Below the pieces are notes generated by a model. It made no database searches. It had not been told where the DNA came from and saw only the letters and a list, made by a program, of their open reading frames with translations. Below are positions 1-9,761 of a stretch of DNA of 64,000 nucleotides, in pieces. Numbering within the stretch: position 1 is the stretch's first letter; every line of letters begins with the position of its first letter. Both the position numbers and the translations under genes were made by a program. The stretch comes from a virus (lineage: Duplodnaviria > Caudoviricetes). Where the stretch lies: IMG/VR virus record IMGVR_UViG_2700988978_000001, positions 614 through 64,613 of that record; one strand, written 5' to 3'.

Positions 1-1
1 G

Positions 2-202
2 CAGGGGAACCGGTGCCTGATGTGCGATGTCGTGTTCTCGGAGACGTTCGACACCTGTGTTGACCATTGCCATACGACGGGCAAGGTGCGGGCGATCCTG
101 TGCAGGGGGTGCAACATGGTCATTGCTCGGTTTGAGGATCCGGAGTACGTGGCTCGCGCTCAGCGTTACCTCGCTGAGCATGCGCCTGTGGATGCACGCT
201 GA
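2..202 (+). CDS. Endonuclease VII-family protein (5' end outside window)
   Basis: CxxC...VDHCHxTGxVRxxLCxxCN motif; frame open to window edge; TGA overlaps terminase ATG. Confidence 0.8.
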   Translation, partial: QGNRCLMCDVVFSETFDTCVDHCHTTGKVRAILCRGCNMVIARFEDPEYVARAQRYLAEHAPVDAR

Positions 203-1752
203 TGGACGCAGTTCGGCTGCTGTCGGCGGTGCGGTGCCTGGCTGCGCGCCGAGCGCTTCGACGGCCGTCGTCGCCCGCCGAGCTGGCGCGCCGTCTGGAC
301 CCGAAATTCAACGTGACACCGACGATTCGGCTGCTGTCCGACATCGCGGTCAGGTGGGTGACCGAGCCGGACCAGCGCGACGTCGTGAACACCCCACCGC
401 GGACCGGAAAGTCGGAGCTGTTCGCGATCTGGACACCGGTGTGGGCGTTGATGGGTAACCCGGACCTGCGGATCGTGGTCGTGTCGCACGGAGATGATCT
501 GGCGCAGACGCATTCCCGCAAGGTGCGCGCCATCGTGCGGGAGCACGCCGGGTTTCTCGGGTTCGACATCGCGGCGGACAAGACCGCGGTCGGACGGTGG
601 AACGTCGAGGGCCATGACGGTGGTGTGCTCGCCGCCGGTATCTCGTCGGGTATCACCGGTCACGGCGCGGACCTGATGATCATCGATGACGTGCTGAAGG
701 ACGCGGCCGAGGCGGACAGCGCGGCGCACCGCAAGCGGATCCTCAACGAGTACCGGTCGACGTTGGCGACGCGTATCCATCCGGGTGGTTCGTGTCTGGT
801 GCTGATGACACGGTGGCATGAGGAGGATCTGGCCGGGGCGTTGTTGAAGCAGGAGCCGGAGCGGTGGCGGCACACGAACATTCCGGCGGTGTCGGAGCCG
901 GGGATCGCTGACGCGTTGCGGCGGCCGCCGGGGGTGACGATGGTGTCGGCGCTCGGGTATACGCCGGAGCATTTCGCGGCGATGCGTCGCACGTCGGGTG
1001 AGCGTGCTTGGTACGCGATGTACATGGGTGTGCCGCGAACCCCGCAGGGCGGTCTGGTGAAGCAGAAGTGGTTGGACGATTGGCGGTTGCCGGTGGCGCC
1101 GGCGAACCCTGTGTTCACGGTGGTGGCTGTCGACCCGTCGGATTCCGGTGAGGGTGACTCGTGTGGCCTGGTGGCGACGTCGCTGACCAGTGATGGGGTG
1201 ACGGCGATGATCGCGGACAAGTCGGCGCCGATGACGTCGGATGAGTGGGCGCGGGAAGCGGTGAAGCTGGCGATCGCGGTGGGTGCTTCGCAGATCACGG
1301 TGGAGGGTTTCGCGGCGCGGGAGACGTATACGCGGATGGTGCGGGAGGCGTTGCAGCGCGCGGTGGAGAGCCGTGAGGTGGGCTGGTCGATTCGGGTGAC
1401 GGCGTGGCCGCCGAAGGGTCGGGCTCGTGTGGGTGATGCGGTGGCCCGGTCGGGCGCATTGTTGCAGGCGTTGGAGGTGGGGACGTGCCGATTGGCGGGG
1501 CATTTCCCTGATTTCGAGGCGAAGGCGATCGGTTGGCAGTCCGGTAAGCATCAGCCGGACTCGTTGGCGGCGTTGGTGATCGCCCATGACGAGTGTGTGC
1601 ATTCGACGGGCCTGGAGTGGGATATCGCGGGCCCGCTGGAGGGCGCGTTGGGGCCGGCCGCGCAGGCCGCGGCGTCGGTCTACACGTCCGTACATGGCGC
1701 TCAGCGCGGCTCGGTGACATCGATCGAGTGGTGGCGCGAGCAGGTCGGGTGA
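202..1752 (+). CDS. terL: Terminase large subunit
   Basis: Walker A PPRTGKS, Walker B LMIIDD, MTRWHEEDL, nuclease motif VAVDPS and C-terminal QPDSLAA. Confidence 0.95.
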   Translation: MDAVRLLSAVRCLAARRALRRPSSPAELARRLDPKFNVTPTIRLLSDIAVRWVTEPDQRDVVNTPPRTGKSELFAIWTPVWALMGNPDLRIVVVSHGDDLAQTHSRKVRAIVREHAGFLGFDIAADKTAVGRWNVEGHDGGVLAAGISSGITGHGADLMIIDDVLKDAAEADSAAHRKRILNEYRSTLATRIHPGGSCLVLMTRWHEEDLAGALLKQEPERWRHTNIPAVSEPGIADALRRPPGVTMVSALGYTPEHFAAMRRTSGERAWYAMYMGVPRTPQGGLVKQKWLDDWRLPVAPANPVFTVVAVDPSDSGEGDSCGLVATSLTSDGVTAMIADKSAPMTSDEWAREAVKLAIAVGASQITVEGFAARETYTRMVREALQRAVESREVGWSIRVTAWPPKGRARVGDAVARSGALLQALEVGTCRLAGHFPDFEAKAIGWQSGKHQPDSLAALVIAHDECVHSTGLEWDIAGPLEGALGPAAQAAASVYTSVHGAQRGSVTSIEWWREQVG

Positions 1753-1754
1753 AA

Positions 1755-1773
1755 CACCGCGGGGTTCTATCCT
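1755..1773 (+). promoter_or_regulatory. Late-promoter motif copy (CACCG-N8-TATCCT), leaderless
   Basis: GTG 1780 lies 6 nt after the -10 hexamer. Confidence 0.65.
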
Positions 1774-1779
1774 GCTGCG

Positions 1780-1971
1780 GTGAGTGCCCCGGATCCAGTT
1801 GTGGTGATAGAGAACGAGATCTGCGCGGAATTCGAGCAGGTCACGTTCGATGAGCTGGTGCAGAACCCGGAGGGACGCGACGAGGACGGGGACTACGCGG
1901 TGCACACCGACCGGCTGGCTGAGCGGATCGCCCAGGCGCTGCGCGATGCCGGTTTGCTCACTACGTCGTGA
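1780..1971 (+). CDS. Hypothetical protein
   Basis: 63-aa acidic ORF directly after a promoter motif. Confidence 0.65.
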   Translation: MSAPDPVVVIENEICAEFEQVTFDELVQNPEGRDEDGDYAVHTDRLAERIAQALRDAGLLTTS

Positions 1972-2067
1972 GCCACGTCACCGCCACCGTAACGGTTTGA
2001 CGGTCAACTGGGATAGTTCCGGGTTGACCGGGACAGTTCGTCGTTTCCCGCTCGTACCTTGGGGTTC

Positions 2068-2589
2068 GTGACGGCGCCTGTTCGGTGGGAACCAGACGAG
2101 CAGATGGTTGCCGCTGTGCTGTCGACACCGAAATCCTCGCGCAAGATGACGGAGCTGTCCGACGCTGATCGTGCCTGGCTGGTCGCCGGGTTGACGCTCG
2201 CCGGTGTGACCGCGCAGGACATCGCCGACCGGTTGGGGTGTTCGCTGCGGCTGGTGCGCAGCATCCGCGCCGAGGACATCACGCAGATGGCCTATATCGC
2301 GCAGGAGGAGACCCGCAAGCTCGGCGACGAGTTGCGCAGTGAGCGTTGCCTTCACGCAGTGACGCGGCGGGAACTCGCCGACGCGCGGGCCGAGGTGGAG
2401 CGGCTACGCGCCCAGGTCGATCAGCTGGTCGACGCGCACATGACTGGCGAGTTGCGGGTGTTTCCGAAGTGCGGGCATCCGATGGTGCCGTACAACACCT
2501 ATGAGCACGGCGGCCGCCGCTGGTGCCGCGAATGTGCCCGGCTGCGCAAGCAGGAGAAGCGGAAACGACGCGCCGTGGTGGTGGTGTAA
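2068..2589 (+). CDS. HTH DNA-binding protein with coiled coil and C-terminal Zn-ribbon
   Basis: TAQDIADRLGCSLRLVRSI HTH; CGH...WCREC; start GTG 2068 is 7 nt after TACCTT. Confidence 0.75.
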   Translation: MTAPVRWEPDEQMVAAVLSTPKSSRKMTELSDADRAWLVAGLTLAGVTAQDIADRLGCSLRLVRSIRAEDITQMAYIAQEETRKLGDELRSERCLHAVTRRELADARAEVERLRAQVDQLVDAHMTGELRVFPKCGHPMVPYNTYEHGGRRWCRECARLRKQEKRKRRAVVVV

Positions 2590-2634
2590 CCAGCGCTGTC
2601 CTCACGGGTGAGGACGTTTTCCGCCACGGTGTTT

Positions 2635-2653
2635 CACCCACCGGTCTTACCGT
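2635..2653 (+). promoter_or_regulatory. Late-promoter motif copy (CACCC-N8-TACCGT), leaderless
   Basis: ATG 2661 lies 7 nt downstream. Confidence 0.7.
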
Positions 2654-2660
2654 CCCGGGC

Positions 2661-3068
2661 ATGAACCTTGGCCTCGGAGTTACCGTTCTGATTCTCGTCG
2701 TCTACGTGCTCGCGGTTGCGCGTGTGACGCGGTTGATCAATTACGACGTCGTGTTGGACTTCGCGCGCCTGTGGGTGGCTCGCCGCGCCGGTTCAGCCTT
2801 GACCGCGGCGGAAGAGGCCGAGTCGGCAGACCAGTGGACAGTCGGCGAATTGCACAGGAATCGTCACGCGCGCTGGAATGTCGTGCTGGAGTTCATGGGT
2901 TGCCCGTGGTGTGTCGGCTGGTGGGTCGCTCTCGCTGGGGCGGTGCCGGTCGTGATCGTGCTCGAATGGTCGTGGTGGGCGCTGGTTCCTGTCGCTCTCG
3001 CCTGCTCGTATCTCGTCGGCCTGGTCGCCCCGTTGACGGCCGACGAAATCGACGTCGAGCAGGCGTAA
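2661..3068 (+). CDS. Membrane protein upstream of portal (DUF1360-like)
   Basis: Hydrophobic segments, RVTRLI and CPWCVGWW motifs. Confidence 0.75.
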   Translation: MNLGLGVTVLILVVYVLAVARVTRLINYDVVLDFARLWVARRAGSALTAAEEAESADQWTVGELHRNRHARWNVVLEFMGCPWCVGWWVALAGAVPVVIVLEWSWWALVPVALACSYLVGLVAPLTADEIDVEQA

Positions 3069-3069
3069 A

Positions 3070-3088
3070 CACCCAGCTTGGCTACCGT
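3070..3088 (+). promoter_or_regulatory. Late-promoter motif copy (CACCC-N8-TACCGT), leaderless
   Basis: In-frame GTG 3096 lies 7 nt downstream. Confidence 0.7.
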
Positions 3089-3095
3089 CACGCCC

Positions 3096-5045
3096 GTGGC
3101 CGCCACTGATCTGCGCATCGTCCGACGCCGCCGCGGAGCCCTGACCGCTTCAGCGGGTGCGCCGAAGCGTGCGTTGCTCCCGCTGATTGCTGCCGCCGCC
3201 CCGGTGAACGACCCGCAGCAGGTGTTCAAGGGCAACACGCTGGGCAGTCGGCGTGAGAATTGGCAGGACGAAGCGTGGAAGTTCTACCGCACGATCGGTG
3301 AACTGGGCTATTACGTTCGCTGGCGCAAGAATTCGTGCTCACGGGTGCGGCTCATCGCATCAGAGATCGACCCGGACACCGGCCGCCCGACTGGTGGCAT
3401 CGACCCGGACAACGCGGAAGGTCTGCGGGCGGCGCAGATCGTGCGTGACATGGCTGGCGGGCCGCTGGGCCAGGCCGAGCTGATCAAACGCGCCGTCGAG
3501 GTGCTCACGGTCCCCGGTGAGCTGTGGATCGCGATCCTGCAGCGTCCACGCGGTCAGGCGAAGTGGCCGGACGGGCTGGACGCGCCTGAACGTTGGTTCG
3601 TGCTGACCCGCAAGCAAATCGAGTCCGGCAAGAAGAAAGGCGAGGTGCTGCTGAAGCTGCCGGACGGGTCGAAACACACGTTCGACAAGAGCAACGGCGA
3701 CGGCATGTTCCGCGTGTGGAACCAGGACGCCGAGGACGCGTCGGAGGCGTCGTCACCGGTGCAGGCGTGCCTCGACCCGTTGCGCGAAATTGAGCGCACC
3801 TCACGCAAGATCGCCAACGCCGACGATTCGCGGCTGATGAACAACGGCCTCCTGATGATCCCGTCGGAGGCGTCGCTGCCCGACAACCAGGCACCGAAGG
3901 CCGCGGGGCAGCCGACGGTTCCGGGGGCCCCGGCGGTGCCGCCCGGGCAGCGCCGAGTGGCGACGAGCTTGCAGCAGATGATCGTTGCGGTGTCCAAGGA
4001 GGGCCTCAAGGACGCCAAGAGCGCGGCGTCGAACGCGCCGGTGGTGGTCGCGGCGCCCGGTGAGCATCTCAAATACGTGCAGCACATCGAGTTCGGCAAG
4101 GAGTCGACGAAGGTCGACCTCGAGAAGCGAAACGACGCGATCGCGCGGCTGGCGATGGGTCTCGATATGGACCCGGCGCGGCTGCTCGGGTTGGGCACCA
4201 ACACGAATCACTGGTCGTCGCGGCAGATCAGCGACGAGGACGTTCAGCTGCACGTCGCACCCGTGATGCAGACGCTGTGCCAGGCCATCTATCAGTGCGC
4301 GCTGCGCAACGTACTGGCCGACGCCCGTATCGATCCGGACAAGTACGTGCTGTGGTACGACGCGAGCGAGCTGACCGTCGACCCGGACAAGACCGACGAG
4401 GCCAAGGACGCGTTCGAGAAGGGCACGATCACCGCGGAGGCGCTGGTGCGCCAGTACGGGCTGCCCGACGATGCGATGTACGACTTCGAAACGCTCGAAG
4501 GGTGGCGGCAGTGGGCGCAGGATCGGGTGTCGCAGGACCCGACGCTCATTCGCACGCTGCTGCCGCTGCTCGATCCGAGCCTGCAGGCGCTCGACTTCCC
4601 GGAGCCGCCGCGCGCGCTGCCGTCCGGTGAGGACGACGAGGACCGCGAGAACTCGCGCGACGTCGAGGAGAAGCGCCGCGCCGAGGACGGTGAGGAACCG
4701 GACACCGAGGACAACCCGCCGCGCGGTGAGCACGCCGGCGGACGCAGCACCGAGCTGGCGGTGGTCGATCTGCTCGTTGGTCGCGCGCTGGAGCTGGCTG
4801 GCAAGCGGCGCCGGACTCGTTCGGACATGGACCGATTGCGGAACATTCCCGCGCATCTGACGCACAGGTTCATGGGCCCGGTCGCGGACGCGGAGGTGGC
4901 TCGGCTGATCAAGGGTTGGGACGACATTTTCGATGATGAGTTCGCCGCGGCGCACGGTGTTGACCCGGACCGGGTGCGCGCCTCGGTGAAACGGCGTGTC
5001 CAGCGTGAACTGACGGCCGCGCTGATCGATGGGCAGGTGGTGTGA
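3096..5045 (+). CDS. Portal protein
   Basis: Synteny; WQDEAW...GEL, NGLLMIPSE and NHWS motifs of cluster-B-like portals. Confidence 0.9.
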   Translation: MAATDLRIVRRRRGALTASAGAPKRALLPLIAAAAPVNDPQQVFKGNTLGSRRENWQDEAWKFYRTIGELGYYVRWRKNSCSRVRLIASEIDPDTGRPTGGIDPDNAEGLRAAQIVRDMAGGPLGQAELIKRAVEVLTVPGELWIAILQRPRGQAKWPDGLDAPERWFVLTRKQIESGKKKGEVLLKLPDGSKHTFDKSNGDGMFRVWNQDAEDASEASSPVQACLDPLREIERTSRKIANADDSRLMNNGLLMIPSEASLPDNQAPKAAGQPTVPGAPAVPPGQRRVATSLQQMIVAVSKEGLKDAKSAASNAPVVVAAPGEHLKYVQHIEFGKESTKVDLEKRNDAIARLAMGLDMDPARLLGLGTNTNHWSSRQISDEDVQLHVAPVMQTLCQAIYQCALRNVLADARIDPDKYVLWYDASELTVDPDKTDEAKDAFEKGTITAEALVRQYGLPDDAMYDFETLEGWRQWAQDRVSQDPTLIRTLLPLLDPSLQALDFPEPPRALPSGEDDEDRENSRDVEEKRRAEDGEEPDTEDNPPRGEHAGGRSTELAVVDLLVGRALELAGKRRRTRSDMDRLRNIPAHLTHRFMGPVADAEVARLIKGWDDIFDDEFAAAHGVDPDRVRASVKRRVQRELTAALIDGQVV

Positions 5046-7540
5046 TGTTCTGGCCTGGTCGTGGAGAAGCGTTGTCGCGCACCATCGAAGCGGAGGCGGC
5101 GATCTCCGATCTGTACGCCGAGGCGTTCCGCCGGTGGGCGCCGGACGCACGCGCCGCGGTGCTGCCGACGCTGACCGGTCACATGGTCAACGGCGACCCG
5201 GCGCTGGTCGCCGCCGCGCTGCCGCCCGACCCGGATGCATTGGCGCAGACACAATCCGCGTGGCAGCAGCACGCCGACGAGGTGATCCTTGCTGGTCTCG
5301 CCGTCATATGGGCGGCCGCCGTGTACCAAACCGTGTCCGACCTCGGTGGCGGCATCATCGACACCGTCGAGCCCGTCGTGGACACGGCCGTGCTGGGCAT
5401 CGTGCTGGCGTCGCTGGTCGGTATGCGTCGCGAGGAGGTACTCGACGCGGTCGGATATGTTGACGCGCACCCCGAGCTCGCCGCGGCGCGTGACGACTAC
5501 CTGGCCACCAAACGCGACGGCGTCTACGCGGCACCGAGTCTGGTGCACGCCAAGGTCGAGGCCGCCCTGTCGAACATGACGACGACGGTCGAACGTCCGG
5601 CCGTCGACGCGGCCACGCCGGACGCGCCGGAGCCAACCATCACGGTCGAGGTCATCCCCGAGACGCGGCCAGAGGTGTTGCGGGCCCGCGCCGCCGAGGT
5701 GCTCGAGGCGTCATCGCCAGAGATGCGCGACGTCGCGCGCGGCGAGGGCTACCAGGCCGCCGAGGTGCTCAACAACGCGGTCATCGCCGCGGCGCAGATG
5801 TCCGACGACGCCGACGAGCTGCAGAAGGTGTGGATCTGCACCATCGACGGCAAGACCAGGCCATCGCACTGGGCCGGGGATGGCCAACGCGTCCCGCTGA
5901 ACGGCTATTTCACGATCGGCGGTGAGCAGCTGTTCGTGCCGGGGGACCGGTCAGCGTCACCGGCGGAGTGGAAGAACTGCCGTTGCCGCGTCGGTGTTCT
6001 GGCTGCCGACGAGGAGATCCCCGACGAGGTGGATCGGCACACCGAACGTCTGGACGGCCGCGACTCCGTGGCGATCAACCGAAACGGGCGCACCCAGGCG
6101 GAGGAAATTGAGCGTCGACGGGAAGCGGGCAACGTGCGTGCCCGCGACGATGAGGACGGTATCGGGCGCGTGGCGTCCGGCGGTTGGACCGCACCGAGCG
6201 AACAGGAGTACAGCATGGGCAAGACCGCGACGGCAACGTTGGCCAGCGAGGACGAGGAGACGTTCCTGACGTTCAGCGATGCGCTGTTCGCGGTGACCGG
6301 CACCCCGACGTCCGATGGCCGGATGCTGGCTGCCGACATCGAATTGACGATGCGAGAGACGCCGCTGCCGCTGCAGTGGTGCGAGGAGATGGAAGGCGGG
6401 CACTACGGGTCCGTCACCGTCGGCGTCATCGAGTCGATCACCTACAGCAACGGTGAAGTCCGCGCCTCGGGCTACATGCTGAACAACGAGAACGCGCTGA
6501 AGGCCATCGATCTGGTGAGCCACGGCGTCAACAACCCCTCGGTCGACCTGGCCAACGTCGAATGGGTGGCCACCGACGAGAAGGGCAACGCCGTCACCGA
6601 GGAGACCTACGAGGAAGGCATGGCCGTCTACATGACGGTCACGAAAGCCGAGCTGACCGCGACCACGATCGTCGCCATCCCAGCGTTCGGCCAGACCCGC
6701 ATCGCGCTCAACTCCGAACGCGAGGTACGCGCGAAAGCCCTTGTGGCGTCGGCGGCCGCGAAGTTCACACCGCGCGTGTACGACGCCGCGCTGTTCTCCG
6801 ATCCGAAGCTCACCGGGCCCACACCGCTGTCCATCGACCAGGAGACTGGCCGCATCTTCGGCCACGTCGCCTGCTGGAGCGAGCGTCACCGATCGGTCGG
6901 CCTGGGAGACATCACGCCGCCGCGGTCGCCCAGCGGGTACGAGCATTTCCATTCGAGCCCACCGGTCCACCTGTCCGACGGCACGAAGCTGCCGGTCGGC
7001 CGGCTCACGGTCGGCATCGGGCACGCCCCGACGAGCGGTGTGAGCAACGACGAAGCGCAGGCGCATTACGACAACGTCGAGGCGTGCTTCGCGCTCGTGC
7101 GCGCCGGCGAGGACGCCTATGGCGTGTGGGTGTCCGGCGTTCCCGCGCCGTGGGCCACGCCCGAGAAGATCGAGATGGGTCTTGCCGCACCGTTGTCGGG
7201 GGACTGGCGCCCGTATGGCGGCCAGCTCGACCTCGTCGCCGTGCTCGCGGTCAACACCCCGGGGTTCCTGTGCCGCGGCGCCACGGACAGCTACGGCAAG
7301 CCGTTGGCGATGGTGGCGTCGCTCGCTCCGGCGCGCACAGTCGAGATGGCTGGCGGGGCGACGGTGACCCTCGCTGACATCAAGGCCGCGGTGGCCGAGG
7401 CGCTGGCGGAGTCCGCCCGGACAGCCGAGCGAGTGCGGCGCGCCGAAGCGGCGCTCATGCGGGCCCGCACCGCGGTTGGTGATCCACCGCCCCCGCCGAC
7501 GACGGAGGAACGTCTCGCCGCGCTGCTGGAGCGTGTGTGA
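5045..7540 (+). CDS. MuF-like protein fused to capsid maturation protease
   Basis: KVWICTIDGKTRPSH...NCRC MuF motif, then TSDGR...HYGSVTVG protease domain. Confidence 0.88.
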   Translation: MFWPGRGEALSRTIEAEAAISDLYAEAFRRWAPDARAAVLPTLTGHMVNGDPALVAAALPPDPDALAQTQSAWQQHADEVILAGLAVIWAAAVYQTVSDLGGGIIDTVEPVVDTAVLGIVLASLVGMRREEVLDAVGYVDAHPELAAARDDYLATKRDGVYAAPSLVHAKVEAALSNMTTTVERPAVDAATPDAPEPTITVEVIPETRPEVLRARAAEVLEASSPEMRDVARGEGYQAAEVLNNAVIAAAQMSDDADELQKVWICTIDGKTRPSHWAGDGQRVPLNGYFTIGGEQLFVPGDRSASPAEWKNCRCRVGVLAADEEIPDEVDRHTERLDGRDSVAINRNGRTQAEEIERRREAGNVRARDDEDGIGRVASGGWTAPSEQEYSMGKTATATLASEDEETFLTFSDALFAVTGTPTSDGRMLAADIELTMRETPLPLQWCEEMEGGHYGSVTVGVIESITYSNGEVRASGYMLNNENALKAIDLVSHGVNNPSVDLANVEWVATDEKGNAVTEETYEEGMAVYMTVTKAELTATTIVAIPAFGQTRIALNSEREVRAKALVASAAAKFTPRVYDAALFSDPKLTGPTPLSIDQETGRIFGHVACWSERHRSVGLGDITPPRSPSGYEHFHSSPPVHLSDGTKLPVGRLTVGIGHAPTSGVSNDEAQAHYDNVEACFALVRAGEDAYGVWVSGVPAPWATPEKIEMGLAAPLSGDWRPYGGQLDLVAVLAVNTPGFLCRGATDSYGKPLAMVASLAPARTVEMAGGATVTLADIKAAVAEALAESARTAERVRRAEAALMRARTAVGDPPPPPTTEERLAALLERV

Positions 7541-7728
7541 TGGGCTGCAGCTGCAGAGGGTCCCGTCGTGCCGGTACGCGTGCCGCGAACGGCGGCACGA
7601 TCGCCGGGTTCAAGTACACCGCGCCGGACAAGGTCACCACGAAGACGTTCCTGACGCTGCTGGAGGCGAGAGCCGAGCAGCGCAAGAACGGCGGCGGCAC
7701 CATCGTCCAACTCACCGACGGCGCATAG
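7540..7728 (+). CDS. Small virion-cluster protein (MGCSC...)
   Basis: TGATG coupling; followed by a terminator. Confidence 0.65.
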   Translation: MGCSCRGSRRAGTRAANGGTIAGFKYTAPDKVTTKTFLTLLEARAEQRKNGGGTIVQLTDGA

Positions 7729-7744
7729 CGGTTCACGCATCAGG

Positions 7745-7775
7745 AAGGGCCCCGGTTTGACACCGGGGCCCTTTC
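7745..7775 (+). terminator. Intrinsic terminator
   Basis: AAGGGCCCCGGT-TTGAC-ACCGGGGCCCTT followed by TC. Confidence 0.8.
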
Positions 7776-7789
7776 TCGCGTGGGTACTG

Positions 7790-7808
7790 CACCCTGTGCT
7801 CTTACGGT
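7790..7808 (+). promoter_or_regulatory. Late-promoter motif copy (CACCC-N8-TACGGT), leadered capsid mRNA
   Basis: Same geometry; AGGAG RBS before GTG 7897. Confidence 0.7.
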
Positions 7809-7896
7809 GCGGTGCTCAGAGAGTTCTTGCTGGCTGCGGGCCGAAGAGCGATCGGACAACAGGACACCGAAGTATCCGAGACACAGGAGCATTGCC

Positions 7897-9663
7897 GTGA
7901 AGTTCAAGCTGCCCGATCAGCTTCCGGCCACCGTCGCAGAACTCAACGAGCTCGCCGACCAGGCCACCGCAGAGATCCGCATCTTCCAGGCCCGCGCTGA
8001 CGCCAAGGACGATTTCACGCCCGAGGAGCTGGAGCGGTTCGAGTACCTGCTCGATTCCCGCGACAAGATCACCGCCGAGCGTGACACCCTCGAGGCCAGC
8101 ACCGCCGAGGACGCCGAGAAGCTGAGCAAGCTGCTCGACCGTTCCGCTGCCGAGACCAAGACCGCCGCACCCGACGAGGCCGCCGAAAGCAGCGACGCTG
8201 ACGCCGACGGAGACTCCGACGAGGACGGCGAGGGCGGCGCAGCCAGCGACGTCGTGGCCGAGGCCGAAGCCGCCACCAAGGCGGCCGCCGAAGAGCCGCA
8301 GCCCGTCGCCGCGTCGGCCAAACAGTCGGTGTCGTTCGCCGGCGCGACCCGCGGACACGACAGCGTGCCCGACGCCCCCTCGGGTAGCGACGACGACGCG
8401 CCGTTGAAGCGGTGGACCATGCTGACCTCGGCGCCGAAGTACGCCGAACTCGGGATGAACGGCCCGGTCAGCACTCGCGAAATCGCTGAGGCCATCGTGT
8501 CCGTGCAGCCCGGTCAGCGCACCGGACGCCAGGCCACCGGCCAGCGCTTCTTTGAGGGCGACCTGCGCGCCAGCCAGGCACTGGCCAAGCTGGAGCGACC
8601 GCAGGGCAAGGTAGCGCAGACGGCCGAAGAGCTGTTCGCCATGCTGGACAAGGCCGCGTCCGAGATCCCCGGCCACGGCAAGGTCTCGGCGAAGACGCTC
8701 GTCGCCGCTGGTGGCTGGTGCGCCCCGTCGGAGCAGCTGTACGACTTCTGCCCGACGGCGGCGGCTGGCAACCTGATTTCGCTGCCCGAAGCGGCGATCA
8801 AGCGCGGTGGCATCATCTTCCCCGCCGAGCCTGACTTCTCGGCGCTGCAGAGCGGTTTCCACTTCACCGAGCCGCAGCTCGAGGCCGTCGACGCTCAGGG
8901 CAAGCCGACCGCGATCAAGGAATTCGTCGAGATCCCGTGCCCCGACGAGATGATCGAGTACCGGCTCGAAGCGATCGGCTGGGCGGTCAAGGCTGGCATC
9001 CTCCAGAAGCAGGCATGGCCCGAACTCATCCAGAAGTTCCTGGACGAGTTCATGGTTGCGCACCAGTACCGCGTTTCGGCGCTGACGGTGCAGAAGATGC
9101 TCGGCGAGTCCTCGGCCGCGAAGCTGGTTCCCACCGATGCGGTTCTGGGAGCCACGACCGGCATCCTCAACGGTCTGCATGTGCGGGCCCGGAACCTTCA
9201 GCTCAAGCACCGCATCGAGACCATCGAAGGTGTTGCGCCGGTGTGGTTCCGCGACGTGCTGCGCGCTGACCTCGCCAACCGTGAAGGCAAGGAGTTCCTC
9301 GCCGTCTCTGACGCCGAGATCGATTCCTGGCTCGCGGTTCGCGGTATCTACCTGCAGTACGAGGGCACCTGGCAGTCCCACGCTGCTGGCAAGCCCGGCC
9401 ACTCGGACACCGCCTGGTGGCCCGACAGCGTCGACGTCATCCTGTACCCGGCGGGCACGTTCTTCCGGTCGCTGGACAACGTCATCACGCTCGGCGTGCA
9501 GTATCCGATCGAGATGGTGCAGGAGAACCGCTACAGCGAGGGCTTCGTCGAGGACTCGTTCCTCGTCGGCAAGCGCTGCTACGAGTCGCACCTGATTCGC
9601 ATTCCGTTGTGCGTCAACGGTGCGGTCGGTGCCCGTGAGCAGATCGTCTGCGGCACTCCCTAA
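7897..9663 (+). CDS. Major capsid (hexamer) protein with N-terminal scaffold-like region
   Basis: LVAAGGWCAPSEQLYD motif; acidic coiled N-terminus; synteny. Confidence 0.9.
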   Translation: MKFKLPDQLPATVAELNELADQATAEIRIFQARADAKDDFTPEELERFEYLLDSRDKITAERDTLEASTAEDAEKLSKLLDRSAAETKTAAPDEAAESSDADADGDSDEDGEGGAASDVVAEAEAATKAAAEEPQPVAASAKQSVSFAGATRGHDSVPDAPSGSDDDAPLKRWTMLTSAPKYAELGMNGPVSTREIAEAIVSVQPGQRTGRQATGQRFFEGDLRASQALAKLERPQGKVAQTAEELFAMLDKAASEIPGHGKVSAKTLVAAGGWCAPSEQLYDFCPTAAAGNLISLPEAAIKRGGIIFPAEPDFSALQSGFHFTEPQLEAVDAQGKPTAIKEFVEIPCPDEMIEYRLEAIGWAVKAGILQKQAWPELIQKFLDEFMVAHQYRVSALTVQKMLGESSAAKLVPTDAVLGATTGILNGLHVRARNLQLKHRIETIEGVAPVWFRDVLRADLANREGKEFLAVSDAEIDSWLAVRGIYLQYEGTWQSHAAGKPGHSDTAWWPDSVDVILYPAGTFFRSLDNVITLGVQYPIEMVQENRYSEGFVEDSFLVGKRCYESHLIRIPLCVNGAVGAREQIVCGTP

Positions 9664-9746
9664 CTGGGCCAGGTAGCTCAATCCCATGGACAAGGCGGGC
9701 GGCGTGAACAAATCCGAGGCGTTCGCGTCCGCCCGCCTTCCCAGTT
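9662..9746 (+). other. Structured intergenic RNA hairpin between the two capsid genes
   Basis: AACTGGG/CCCAGTT outer stem; AAGGCGGGCGG-CGTGAAC / GTTCGCG-T-CCGCCCGCCTT inner stem. Confidence 0.65.
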
Positions 9747-9761
9747 GAGAGGACTCGCGGA

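Noticed and set aside
9655-9710. Frameshift extension of the major capsid at CCC-TAA
   Set aside because: The +1 frame stops after 5 codons and the -1 frame is short with no motif; the region is better explained as RNA structure.
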